A stretch of DNA of 64,000 nt, from the NCBI RefSeq assembly GCF_009914755.1, contig NC_060927.1. One strand, 5' to 3'. Positions 14,834 to 26,600 of this stretch are shown piece by piece (the stretch's first letter is position 1; each line of letters opens with the position of its first letter). The notes under the pieces are model-generated. The model searched no databases. It was not told where the DNA came from and worked only from the letters and a program-made list of their open reading frames with translations. Source of the DNA: the human T2T-CHM13v2.0 reference genome, Homo sapiens. The position numbers were made by a program, and so were the translations under genes.

Positions 14834-17035
14834 TTCTAGACAGTTTAAGGTTCTGGTTCACAGGGCCCAGAGCACCTCAGCAATAGCATTCTTGACAGAT
14901 CACCTAGTGAAGGTACAATAGAAGTTATGTATTTAATTACAAATTATACCTTAATTGGCTCTAGAGAAGGTTTGAAGCAGAATGTTGACATTATCAATAA
15001 GAAGCCATATGGGAATTTTTAAATAAGAGATAACAAATGGGGAGAATATGTTTGGTAAATATTAAGAGATGAGAGAGCAAAACAGTGTCATTTGAACTGA
15101 ATTTGAATTTCTAAATGCTATGTTTTGGAGCAGGATGGAACTATCAATTAAATACAAAAATCCAATTGATGAAGATGAGACTTTACTATGAGCTGGAAAG
15201 AGAAGAAAGAGGAAATGAACAGAACATCAGGTTCTGCTGTATGTTAGAGCGAACTAGAATCCTAGGACCATCTTTAGTGGAGCCACCTACTTGACAGAAT
15301 TGTGATAATTCAGTAAAATGATTGATGAAATAACTTCACATAGTGCCTCACATATGATAAGCATTTCATAGATATTAGCACTTATAATGATCTTTATTTA
15401 TAAAAATCCTTAGGTCTTATTAGGGCCTTTTCCCAGTCCCTATGAGAACATGGGCAGTTGCTTAGGGTAACCAATTTTGGGAAAATTATTTTTTGGGGAA
15501 TAGGTCATAGAAGAGGAGATATAGACAAGATAGGGCAAGTAAAGAAATGACACACTACCATTCCCATTTGTGAATTGCTGCTTCAGAGAAAACTGTTACT
15601 GAGGAAGGTGGGTCATATCTCCCAGGTATGTTGGGTTAGACAACACTGGAATAGTAGGACCAGAGGGGAAAGAGCTGGAAGACAAAGGAGTTGGAAGAAA
15701 GGTAAGAGGAATGCTTGTATGTTAAGTGTTTGTATTTTTGGCATGTTGTTTAATTTAGTTCACTGATGCTGACGTTTAGTCAAAGATAATCAAAGAAAGC
15801 AGTATGGAAGAGTATTTCAGACACCATGAAATAGTGGGAAAGGCCCTGGGCCTGGAATCAAGTTAACTGGGTTCTAATTTTTCAATCATGTGACTTAGAC
15901 TAATGACCATCTTTTGGTTTCCAAGTTTTCTTTCTTGTAAAACGATGGTGCTAAATGATATTCAAAGCTATTCTAGTTCTAAAATTCAACAGTATAATTC
16001 TAAATATGAAAGTACATGTGGACTCTAGTTCTCCAGACTTCCTGAAGCCCTGCTACTCTTTTAGAAAAGGCTGCTGGTTTAGTTCTCTAACTTGTTTCCA
16101 TAATATTGGAGCTGAAGTTGTGTGAACAGTGGTATCTCAAGCAGCATGCAAAAGCAGTTGGGAGGGTGGGAGTGCATGACAGTGAGTGGGTGAACGGATT
16201 AAAGAGAAAAGGGTTGGAAGAGAGGAGAGTGTGTGAAAGAGAAGAGCAGGCCTCCCTCCTTTGTCATTCTCCTGCTATAATCTCCAATAACAGCTATTCA
16301 GAGCCAAATACCAAAATGAAGGCATGAAAATGGCTTGGACTTTGAGTTAAATAGATCTGATTTTGAATCCAATCTCTGGAATCAAGTTTCTGTTTCCTTC
16401 TCTGTGTGATACTTTTGGTTGGCAGCTATTGTGAAGTTTAAATGAAATATTATTACCCAGCAGATAGAGGTGTTCAGTACAAATAGGCCTCCCCAAATTG
16501 GCTCAATCCTTTCCCCATCTTGCCCATAATATAAAAGACTAGCTAAAGAAACAAACATACAGGGCTGCTTAGCGATCTTTATCTAGAGCATGTAAATAAC
16601 ATGCAGTGGGGAAAGAAGGGTTCTAAGAAGAGGAAAAAGCTACAACCATGAAGCCCCTCCTTTGTGTAGCCTAACAATTCTCTGATTCCTGAAAGCCACA
16701 GAAATGTTTATTATCAAAACAGCATCCCTAACTGCCTTTCAACACTTTACCGACAGGAAGTCTCACTGCTCAGGTATAGGAAGTAGAACGAGGAAGCTCC
16801 CGAAGTTAGCAAAACTGGATCCTGAAGTGACACCCGCTTCCTGCTCTTCCACTCAGGAAAGCCGGGAACCTTTTCCCAAGCGGAGTCCTGGGGAAGCAGA
16901 AAACCGGGAAAGGCAAAGCCCCTTCTTCTCCTGTTTCTCTAGGTCGCTTGCTTAGAACCCTTTAGGGTTCTAACGCAGTTTCTGCTCGCAGGGAATGTGG
17001 GCCCTGGCGGTATTAGCACCCAGCCTCTGAGAACT

Positions 17036-17056
17036 TTCAGCACCGCGGACAGCGCC
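17036..17056 (+). promoter_or_regulatory. RE1/NRSE element (REST binding site)
   Basis: TTCAGCACCGCGGACAGCGCC matches 20/21 positions of the canonical TTCAGCACCACGGACAGCGCC, with canonical half-site spacing. Confidence 0.93.
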
Positions 17057-18240
17057 ATTCCCTGCACTCAGTCGGAGGAGGAGAGCTACCTTGCCCCCAG
17101 CGCTCTCCTAGACCCTATACCTAGGGGGAGGCAGGGTGACATCCTGCGGCCCTTGGGCAATTCGGGCCAGTGACGTTCACCGACACTCAGGCGGGGATCC
17201 CTTCGCCAGAGCCAGTTCCTTTGAGTGTCTCCGCTCAAAATCTCAAGGAAACGAGCTTCACACAGGTGGGGGGATGAGGAGTGCCAGAACAGGAGCGAGC
17301 CCCGCTGCTCTAGCCTTCCTGCATCTCTTCTCGCCTTTGCTTTGCTCACTCTTCAATCGCAATATAAAATACTCATTTGGGGAGGGGGCAGGGTGACACA
17401 GGAGAGAGAAGGAGGGTGGGGGCTGCATCCCGCGTGGCCACGCAGCCCTAACCTGGCCCTCTTGGATTAGAGGGGAGCTGATGTGCTTTGGAATGGGAGA
17501 AGAGAGGAGACTGAGGGTTGAAGCAGTGCAGGAGAGCTCCCCTTGCTGGGGCTGCCGGCTCTGGGCAGGGAGCTTCCCTGGACACCGCTCCCGTCACGTC
17601 CTCTTCGCCGCTCCCGGGAGAGTCACCACTCTCCGGGGACAGACGCCCCTCGGGGCGCCACCATCCTGGTCGGGGTGCTGGGCTCGGCGGGAGTCCCTTT
17701 GAGGAGTTTGCTCCCAGGTAAAAGGGCAGACGTTGCTCCCGACCTCCCCGGAGTCTGCGGCCGGAAAAGCGTCTCCGTTTCATGGTCTCGGTCCGAGGCG
17801 GAGAACGGAGCTGCCCGTGCGGGGTGCGCGCCAAGGCGGGGGACAGGACGGGCCCGGCGTCTGCCGAGACCTAGGCTGCCCGCATTCCGCTCGCGGCTCC
17901 CCTTCTGCCTCCCGCTCTAGCGGCGCCGGAGCCGCGCTGGCCCCCGCCCCGCCCGGCAGCTCCCGCGAGTCAGAGCCCGGTGCCCCCAGACCGCGGGCAG
18001 TCGGGGCCTCATTCCGGGCCAGAGCAGGAAAGAGCCCGACCCACCTCCTCGGTTCTTCCAGGGAACCCCTTCTCGGAGGGCGCCCTGGGCCTCCGCGCCA
18101 TATTCCTGGTCCCCCGCTCCCGGTGACTCCGGCTCCCTGGGTCATTCCGGGAGAGGCGGCCATCCCAGTTGCAGGGGTCCCGCTGGGGCGCGGGGGGCGC
18201 GGAGGGGGACAAACGGCAGCGAAGGGGGCCGTTCACTTAC

Positions 18241-18300
18241 CGGGGTCGGGGCTGGAGGCGACGAGCTGGCTGCCAAGGCTGGTGGCTGGCAGTCCGCACT
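18241..18300 (-). other. SYTL2: Non-coding first exon (5' UTR) of the minus-strand gene; TSS approximate and may extend to ~18450; gene identity tentative
   Basis: Strong donor ACCCCG|GTAAGTG at 18241/18240 inside the CpG island, no ATG in the exon, CCAAT ~100 nt upstream, and no coding exon in the following 18 kb. The SYTL2 assignment is from recollection of the 5' UTR and locus layout and needs BLAT confirmation. Confidence 0.55.
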
Positions 18301-18408
18301 TACTGCGCGGAGCTGTCTCTCTAGCTGGGATGGGAAGTGGTGGTGGCGGCAAAGGAAGGCAGGAGGCAGCCGCTGCTGCTGAACAGCTCCTCAATTATTC
18401 AGATTGGG

Positions 18409-18432
18409 CCCCCACCCCCCGAACCCCTCCCC
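18409..18432 (-). promoter_or_regulatory. Putative G-quadruplex
   Basis: Minus strand reads GGGG-A-GGGG-TTC-GGGGGG-T-GGGGG: four runs of at least 4 G with 1-3 nt loops. Confidence 0.75.
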
Positions 18433-21299
18433 GTGCCTGCTCGTCCTCCCTCCAGCTCGCCTGTCTCCGCCTCCTTGGAGTCACATGGCCTGCCCAACCC
18501 CTTACATACTGGGCCCAAGCCTGGCACCAGACCACCTCCCACCTGGCCCCCCTGCCTTCCCCTCTGTCTGCCGCTCACAACTCCTCGCTGGCCTTCTGAG
18601 CCTCCAGTTGTGACCTCCAGTGTCTTATGTCAGGCTGCAGGGAGGTTGAGGGGGCCGTGGATGGGGGCAGTTCTTTGCCCTGGGAAAGCAGGGACCAGCA
18701 GGACTCTGCAATGTCTGTGCGTTGGGAAGGCATCTGCCGCAGCTCTGCCCCTGCTAGACTGGGCTGTCCAGACCTCCTTCCTGCCCTCTGGAAGCTTCCC
18801 TCATCCTCTGCGGAGCCTTCGTTGCTCTTAAACTTCCACATCCCTGAGCCCTACAGGAAAGAAAAAATGAGAGAGGTTGATTTCTCCTCTCCTCCTAAAG
18901 AAGACAAGACCCACCTCTGTCTTCAAAGCTTAAGTTTATCGTTGGGTTCACAACATCTTATGGGTGCAAAGATCATGGACTTGAGATTTGAAGAGCCATT
19001 AGGATTCCAATCTGTATGACCTTGGAGCATTTAACTTTCTAGCTTTTCTTCTCTCGTCTGTGAAATAACCACCTTGCAGTATTGTCATGAGATTGAGAAA
19101 TCATCATGTTCTTAGAATTGCCTAGCCTAGAGTTGGACAGGTATTTGGAGCTCAATAAAGGAGAGTTCTTTTTCCCCCACCTTTGTTAAAATAAATTTCA
19201 CAAGGCAAGAAGGATGTGATGTGTGCTAATACAGTGAAAGCATCTTTTAAACATGGAAGGAGGCATCTGTGAGGTCAGGCTAGACAAGTACCAGTCTAAA
19301 CGGAGACAAGAGTGAGATAAGGTTTCTGTTTTGTATTAGCTCCTTTAAGATGAGTGTCCTAGAGCCAGGTTATGTCCCAAAAGGATTGGGACTAGATGGG
19401 ACCAACCCAGGCATGCTTGGCCACATCACCGAATGAATTATTTAACAAGCATTGAGTAGACTGATTTGGATGAAAGTTATCTACATAAATTCTTGCACTT
19501 TGGCCCAAGCCCTCAAAACACATGGGAGGCAACAAAATGTAACTCTCCTATCCTTGGAAATGAATTCACTGGGCTTGTGTTTGGGGAGAATACTGGCTGA
19601 CTGATACTCCTCTAGGGTGGAGCAGTTCAAATCTAGCTCTACTTTGTGGGTCTGCCCTGGGCTCTTCCCAGAAAGTTGCTTGATCATTGCCAGGACAGTC
19701 TTGGTTAGTCCACCTACCTCAAGCTTGTTACTGCCTTCGATGAGCATCTAAGCCTGACAATATCCCCATATTTTAAGCTTTGAGTAGTTCTGCAGGATAT
19801 GTTAGACCTCCTGGGATCACCAAGAAGCTGTGAGACATTGTAGGAAAAGTGCAAAGTTAAAAAATCAGAAATTTGGAATCTCAGTGCAGGTTCTGCCAGC
19901 TACTTATCATATGATTTTTCACAAATCACTTAAATTGTCAGACTCTCATCTTCAGAATGGGAAAGGAATGTCTACCTGCCTTCTATATAAGATGGTTGTG
20001 ATGTTTAGATGGGATAGCACATGAGAAGTCACTGTAAAAGGTAAAGAGTATGAATACTATGGGCTGAAGAAAACCCTGAGTCTATTCTAGTCCAAATGAA
20101 TTATGAGGGTGATAAGATGGGAAGATGGGATTTGTCATGGAATATGCAGCTACTAAAATGTTGGTGTGTTGCTCTAAGTCTGCATGTATGCCTGTAGCTC
20201 AGGGGATGTGATTATTGGAGAACTGCATTCTTTGTTTCACCTTTTTCTGGATAAATTTCTGATTTAAATCTCCATATTTCCCTGGCCTTTTATTTCTGGA
20301 ACACCAGCCACAATCACAATAGTTATGAATATTTACTATCTGAGAAAAGTTTGTGCCTATATTTCAAGACAGCAGGGTTTAGACTTTTCTGCCTTTGCTA
20401 GGTAAAATTGACTTGGGTTGGTAATTCAAAATGGCTTCGATTTCAAAGAAAAAAAATTTGGATTCTAGGAACAAACTCTAGACATTCATCAGCAGCTTGA
20501 ATGATGATATGTGTTTCTAGTCCACTGCCAATAAACTCAATGAAATCCTCACACAAACCAGGAACTCCTGGAACCCTCCAACCTTAAGCAGATTCCAATC
20601 CTATCTCCTGGTGTACTTCCCCTTAATATTCTTTGGAAATTGCTAATCTGGACCTCTTTGTATTTAGGGAGACTAAAAGACCAGAAAGTGTCAACCATGC
20701 TTCTATATATACCACTGAAAAAATTGTCTGGGCTAGGTAAAATGCTGCTTCTGACTCCTGCCTACCTCTCCACTGACATCAAGAAACATGAGAAAGGGAA
20801 AAATAAGCATGAAATCATTTAATTTGGCCATGATGCCTTTATGAGCAGTTACCTGGACAAGCATAAATTTCAGAAAATTTTGAACAGTTTCACCAGAAAT
20901 TGCTCAAGGACTCTGAATATATATTTTTTCAAAGCAGTTTTAAATGTCCAAGGCAACTTTACCCAGTGAAGAGCAGAAAAGGAAACTTAGAGAACCGATC
21001 TTGCATAGATTGCAGTAGAAAGTTATACCTTAGCAATGATTTCTTGTAAAGGTTTCCCTTGGGTCCTCCCTTACTTATAAGCTCTTGTCTTTTGCATGAT
21101 GATTGTTGACTTTATCATAAGCCACTGCAAACACTTTCCAGCTGTAAGTAGAGCATTAATGAACAAAGAAATATAAATGCAGCAGACAAAAATTTAATTA
21201 TTTAGAGCCATGCACAGCCGCAACAATTGGTGAAGTTCCAGAGTTCAACAATGATCTTACAAAGTGACTACTAACTAGATCTTTAAAGTACACATCCTT

Positions 21300-23047
21300 G
21301 TTTTCTTGTTCCTACAGTTGAAATGTGGAAGTGTTGATTCATGTATTCAACATATTCTAGACACTTAGGATACAGCCATGAACAATACAGAAATGGTTCT
21401 GCTCTCCTTGAGCTTACAGTCTAGAGCAGGGGGTCAGACCACAAACAAGTAAACAAAGCAGTGGAGATAAGTATCATGATGGAAATACAACAGAACAATA
21501 TAATGAAGAGTAAAGGGGCACCACTTAAGTGATAGAGAACTAACATAAGCAAATGTGGGGCTCAGAGACAAAAGCGATTACTCTCCAGGGAAGCAGCAGA
21601 GCACTCTTATCTAGGGCCTTTTGCCAAAATAGGGTCATTAAAAGGGTAACGACTAAAATCCCTCATGACTGACCTGCTTGAATGGATGGTGGTTAAGCCA
21701 TGAGGGAATTGGCCAGATGCCTTAAAAACAATTCTCCATTTTTGTCTCATGATTCATGAAAATGAGTACCTGATGCTTTCTTCTAGAAGGACCCCAAGCT
21801 CATCAGTGCCCCTGACTCTTGCCTCTGAGCAGATTCAAAACCTGAGAAACCAAAGACACTGTGATAGCCTGGCTAGAGGCTCGTCTGGAACTTTCCAAAG
21901 GGAGCAGTACCTTTGAGCAGCAGGAAGACAGAAAATAAGACACACAACCAGAACCTAGCATTACCATAGGCACACCATAAAGATCTATTAAACAAACAAC
22001 CTGCTGCTAGGATCCTACCAATTGGACTGGAAATTTATAAGCAAATTATCTATGAGTAAATTATCCTCTAGGTATTTAAATTTCAAAAGGAAGAAGGAGG
22101 ATGCTGACCTAAGCATGCTCATTTTATTCCTAAATTTACAATAGAATATAGCACTTTCCCCACTCCTACCCCATGCAGAGTAAATAAAGTTGCCTAATCA
22201 GTGAAACTATGGAGTCAAGACAGAGGTCAGGACTGTCAAACCAATGGAGTTCCTTGACATGGAAGGAATCGTTAAAGCAAACAGTTCTTCCCATTTATTA
22301 TGTGTTTCCTTCCTTTAATTACATTCACTTTCCTAAATTAATTTATTTTAAAGAGGTTTTCATCACTACCTTAAATAGAAAACTGATATCAGTTGCCATA
22401 AATACAAGGCAACTATTTAAACAAACACAATGAGAATAAAACAATGCTATTATAGTCAAGATAAATACCTTTGCCTTCCCAGGAACCGAAGGCTTGCTTT
22501 CTCCTTGTTAAAAAGGAAATTAGCAGCTGTTAGTGAGGTGTTAAAGACATTGACATCAAACTGTCTTTCTCCATAAAGTAACCAAAAAGATTGAATGATA
22601 AGTGGAAAAGGGATAACCTTCCCACTAGGTGATTACAGGCCATTTAATGTTGAGTCCTAGTACCATCTAAATCAATATTTCTCTAACTCTAACGTGCATA
22701 GAAATCATCTAGGGAACCTTGTTAAAAATGCATAATTAGATTCAGTAGGACTGGGGTGGGACTCAAGAGCTCGCATTTCCAGCACAATCCCAGTGACACT
22801 GATGCTCCTGATTCTTGGACTACTCTTTGAGTAGCAAGGATCTTTGAATAGCAAGTGCCTTTGATGCTGTATTTTCCATATTTTGGGAGATACTAGCTCT
22901 TATTTTAAAGATGAGAAAAGTTAGGACTCAGAGGGTTTGACTAACCTCGGTTAGTTTTCTTGTTCTAACAAGTGGAATGTGGAAGTGTTGATTATTTATT
23001 CAACATATTCTAGACACTTGGGATACAGCCATGAACAATACAGAAAT
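21300..23047 (+). repeat. Dispersed direct duplication of ~95 bp (21300-21394 and 22954-23047)
   Basis: Both copies read gttttcttgttc..aatgtggaagtgttgatt..tattcaacatattctagacactt.ggatacagccatgaacaatacagaaat. Confidence 0.9.
22673..22839. mobile_element. MER5-type hAT MITE
   Basis: 'gaaatcatctaggga.ccttgttaaaaatgca...gattcagtaggactggggtggg...tgatgctcctg...ctttgagtagcaagg'. Confidence 0.75.
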
Positions 23048-23279
23048 AGCTTTGTATTAGAACTATTTAGTTGGTAGGTGAGCCAGAGCTAAAACTTACA
23101 TTTCACAGATCTGTCTCCAAGTCTGGGTGCTCCTTCCCAAAAGATCTGTAAAATATCTTGCTTACTAGGGCCAAAAACCCACCCCTTTTCAAGGGGCCAC
23201 AACATGAAGGCCAAGGCTTAGACTGCTATATTCTATAGGTTATTCTGTGTAAATACAAAATAAAAGCCAATACTTGGAC

Positions 23280-23675
23280 TGTTGTATTCAATATGTTAGT
23301 CTGTGGTAATGTACATGCTCAAACTTTCAGTAGTTTGAAATAACAAAAGTTTATTTACTGTTCACATTATGCACCCACTGTCAGTCACTGTGGGCTCCGC
23401 TCCATGTAGTCACTCAATACTATCTTATGATGTCCTGTCTCAGCCTAACGCTTCAGAGTTCACCCTGGGTGGCAAGACCAGGGCTGAAGGACCTTGTACC
23501 AGCAACTAAATGCTCTGTGCTGAAAGTGATGCACATCACCATGGCCCACAACTCATAGTCCAGGATGGCTCATATGACCCCACTGCAATCACAAGGTGAG
23601 TAGGGAGGAATAATACTTTCTTCTACATGTAATGAGAGTAGAATCAGATAAAGTAAACGGTAAAAGTCTCTACCA
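23280..23675. mobile_element. Old MaLR (MLT1-type) solo LTR
   Basis: 'ataacaaaagtttatttactgttcaca...ctgaaagtgatgcacatcacc...gcccacaactcatagtccagga' pattern. Confidence 0.55.
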
Positions 23676-26600
23676 TATAGGTTTTTTTTTTCCATCACTA
23701 ACAGTCCTTGATTCTGTCCTCTCAATTACTCTTCTCTTAATCTTTCCTAACTAAGTTTCCCAGAACAATGGGCCACCATTTGTCCATTTTTCCCCGAGTT
23801 CTCATCATACATAGGGAAAAGGCAGGCAAATGGCAGCGGGAATGCAGAATGTCATTTTGGTGACAGCAGGGGCATCAAAAGAGGTAGGTCAGTCAGGGAA
23901 AGTGGTCGGGGTGATTGCAGGGGAGAGGGGGCAGAGAAAAAGGGAAGGAAAGAAAACTATCACTTCTTGAGGGCCTACTAAGTGTTAGGCCCTGTATTAA
24001 GACATTTAAATAATTTTGTACTCATAATATTCTTGTCAAGTTGTTATCATCCTGCTTTACACACAAGGAAACAGAGGCTCAGAGGGCTTATATAATTTTT
24101 TAAGGTCAAAATAGAGAATAAATCAGGATCAATGCCAGACTGCAAATTTAGAATCTCTCCCAGGAAGTCTAAGAAAGGGAGCCAGGCAGCACTGGCTCTG
24201 GAGAATGGGCCACTTGTTCACATTGACATTGGAATTCCTGAGATTTGGCTTTGCTGTATTAGGCATGTGCAGACAAACAGCTGAAACATCCAAATTCTAT
24301 AGTGGCTACTACATGAGATGCCACAGTCTTCCACTGAGGAGAGATGTATACATGAGTTCCCATCATGCTACAAGTTGATTCCACTCCCCATTCTTTTTCA
24401 CCACATGAAAACGTCTCTTATGTCAGTATATCTGACATAAGAGCAATGGTTGCAGTAAATAATCTAAGGATATGATCAAGCAGGCATTCCAAACGTACAA
24501 TTAAAAATCTATAATAAACATTAGGAAAAACTTTGCAATATATTAAGAGACCTATCTCACAGTATAGAAGGGAATAGATGCTTGGAAGTTTACCCTGTCT
24601 GGGCTGTAGGAGGATATGATATTCACAGCTAGCATGGGTGTTGGGGAGTCGTTCTCTGGAGCCTGAGAGTGATGGGGTCTAGAATTGTCCCATATACTGC
24701 TGAGATCATGGTGGGAAGGAGCAGGGAGTCAAACTGACCTAGGTTTGTATCCAAACTCAACTATGAATTAATGATGTGTTATTTGGCAAATCATTCCAGT
24801 TTTCTGAGGCTCAGTGTACTAACCTCTGAGAGGGCATAATAATGCCTGACTGTAGAATTGTGAAGTTTGGAAATAATATGCATAAAGTGCCTGGTGGTTA
24901 TCATTGTTCAATATTGATGACTATTCTTTGTGTTGTTAACAATAAGAAGATGGATATGAAGGGGACTAAATAGGCTCAGCCACTATCTACTTGAGTGAGC
25001 TCAGCCATGGCAGCTCCCCATGCTGAGTCTCATTTATTCTTCACAAAAATGAGGGAATGGGAATAGGTTTCTTCAAACAACTCTTCCATTGACTCAACAC
25101 TACAAGCCAAGAGTTGTGTGGTTTTCCCGGGGCAGGGTAGGGAGTAGTTCTGGTGAGCGGCCACACTGAGTGCAGCAATGAGAAGAGTGCCAGCTCATGC
25201 TGAATAAAGGAGACCCTGGGCCCACTGGCAGAGTTCCCGAGCCTCAGGTGTTGCAAACTTCATTTTCTGGCCATTGCCACCAGCCAATGACTCATTACAA
25301 CAAGAGACAATGAGGAAATGACCACAGGTCAAGAAGTAGCCTTTTAAGCCAACTTTGCATGTATGAAAGGTCACATTGTTGAGGAAGCATTCACAGCAAC
25401 AGCTTTGAATACAAAACAAAAATGTCAACAAGCACAGACAGAATTGGAGGGAAAGAAATGATGCTCACTCTAATGGGATTGTTAGCTTGCTCCAGTCTTG
25501 GCAGTCCATGTGATTGCCACCAAGTGCATAATGTATTATACTTGGTAGTGGGCCAATTATGTCCGCAGCAAATTCCCTTTAGGAGATGGATAAGCAAATC
25601 GCTACGCTCTGAGTAAGCATCCATCGTGTAAAACAGTGATTATTTTATTGTCAGCCTTCTAAAGATATGTATTCACCTGCTGTGTATAAGCTTTCTCCTA
25701 TTTAATTCAATGACTTTTAGAAAATGAGAGTATTTTATTTTTTTACTCATTTCTTAAAGCTCTTAAGAAGACCAAAGACTCTGCAAAGTGTTCCAGTACA
25801 TTAGATGAAAATGATGAGACAATTTAGAAACAGGAATTAAGTTCCAGTCTTTATCTCCTCCAGGTCCCAGCTGGGGAAGACCTAAATCATCAACCAGGAT
25901 GTCTCCTTCCAGAATCCTCAGGGAAGGAGAGTTCACAGCTTGGCTGCCCTACTCCCCCTCCTTCCACAAAATGTTGTAGTGTTTAATCATCCTTGCATTA
26001 AGGTTTCCTAAGTCTTATTGTTTCAGGTACCAAGAGTGCCTTTAAGATGACTGAGGGCGAAAACCAGTGTGTTCTGATATGAGGATTCAGTCATTCCACC
26101 TGAGTAGCTGCTCCCTGCAGCCACCTGTCTTCAGATTGGCCAATCATTCTGGACTCTGGCCCCTAGCTCTGTGGTCAGCTTGGTCCAGGTCATCTTCCCC
26201 ATGTGGCTTGGAGGAATTTCTAGCAAACTCCTGGATTTTGAAACATGACTTGGCCTCTTTGACCAAGTCCTGAACCAGACACCAGCTCACTGCCTTCCAG
26301 GTCTGATCCTGTAGATTCCTCATTTAATCATCCAGCCAAGCCCTGTGTTATTGTAGAGGAGGCACACTAAATTATTTCTTATTTCAATCTGTGTTTATAT
26401 ATTGGTATTCAATCGAGGCTTTATCTATTAAAATTGTGATCAAATAGGAGGCACTTATTTCATGGATTATGCCATTATAAGAAATAAGGATGGCTTCACT
26501 TACACTTACTGTCCCATAATCATCATTGCAATGGTTTGCTTCATCCACGAGGTCTGTTTCCAGTGTTGTGCTTCTCTGCATGTTCTTTGGGATCTCCATC

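Larger units (their letters stand above)
16950..18600. promoter_or_regulatory. CpG-island promoter of a minus-strand gene
   Basis: Sharp rise in GC and CpG content against an AT-rich background. GC boxes (ccccgccccgccc at ~17942-17954), CCAAT on the minus strand (attgg 18403-18407), and 5' splice sites on the minus strand. Confidence 0.93.

Noticed and set aside
17905-17930. CTCF-like sequence (cgccgctagagcgg on the minus strand)
   Set aside because: Mismatches in the core GGC positions; indistinguishable from GC-rich background.
17733-18599. 288-aa plus-strand ORF and other overlapping ORFs in the CpG island
   Set aside because: Non-ATG start, low-complexity G/P/A/R composition and no recognisable domain; expected from stop-codon scarcity in GC-rich DNA.
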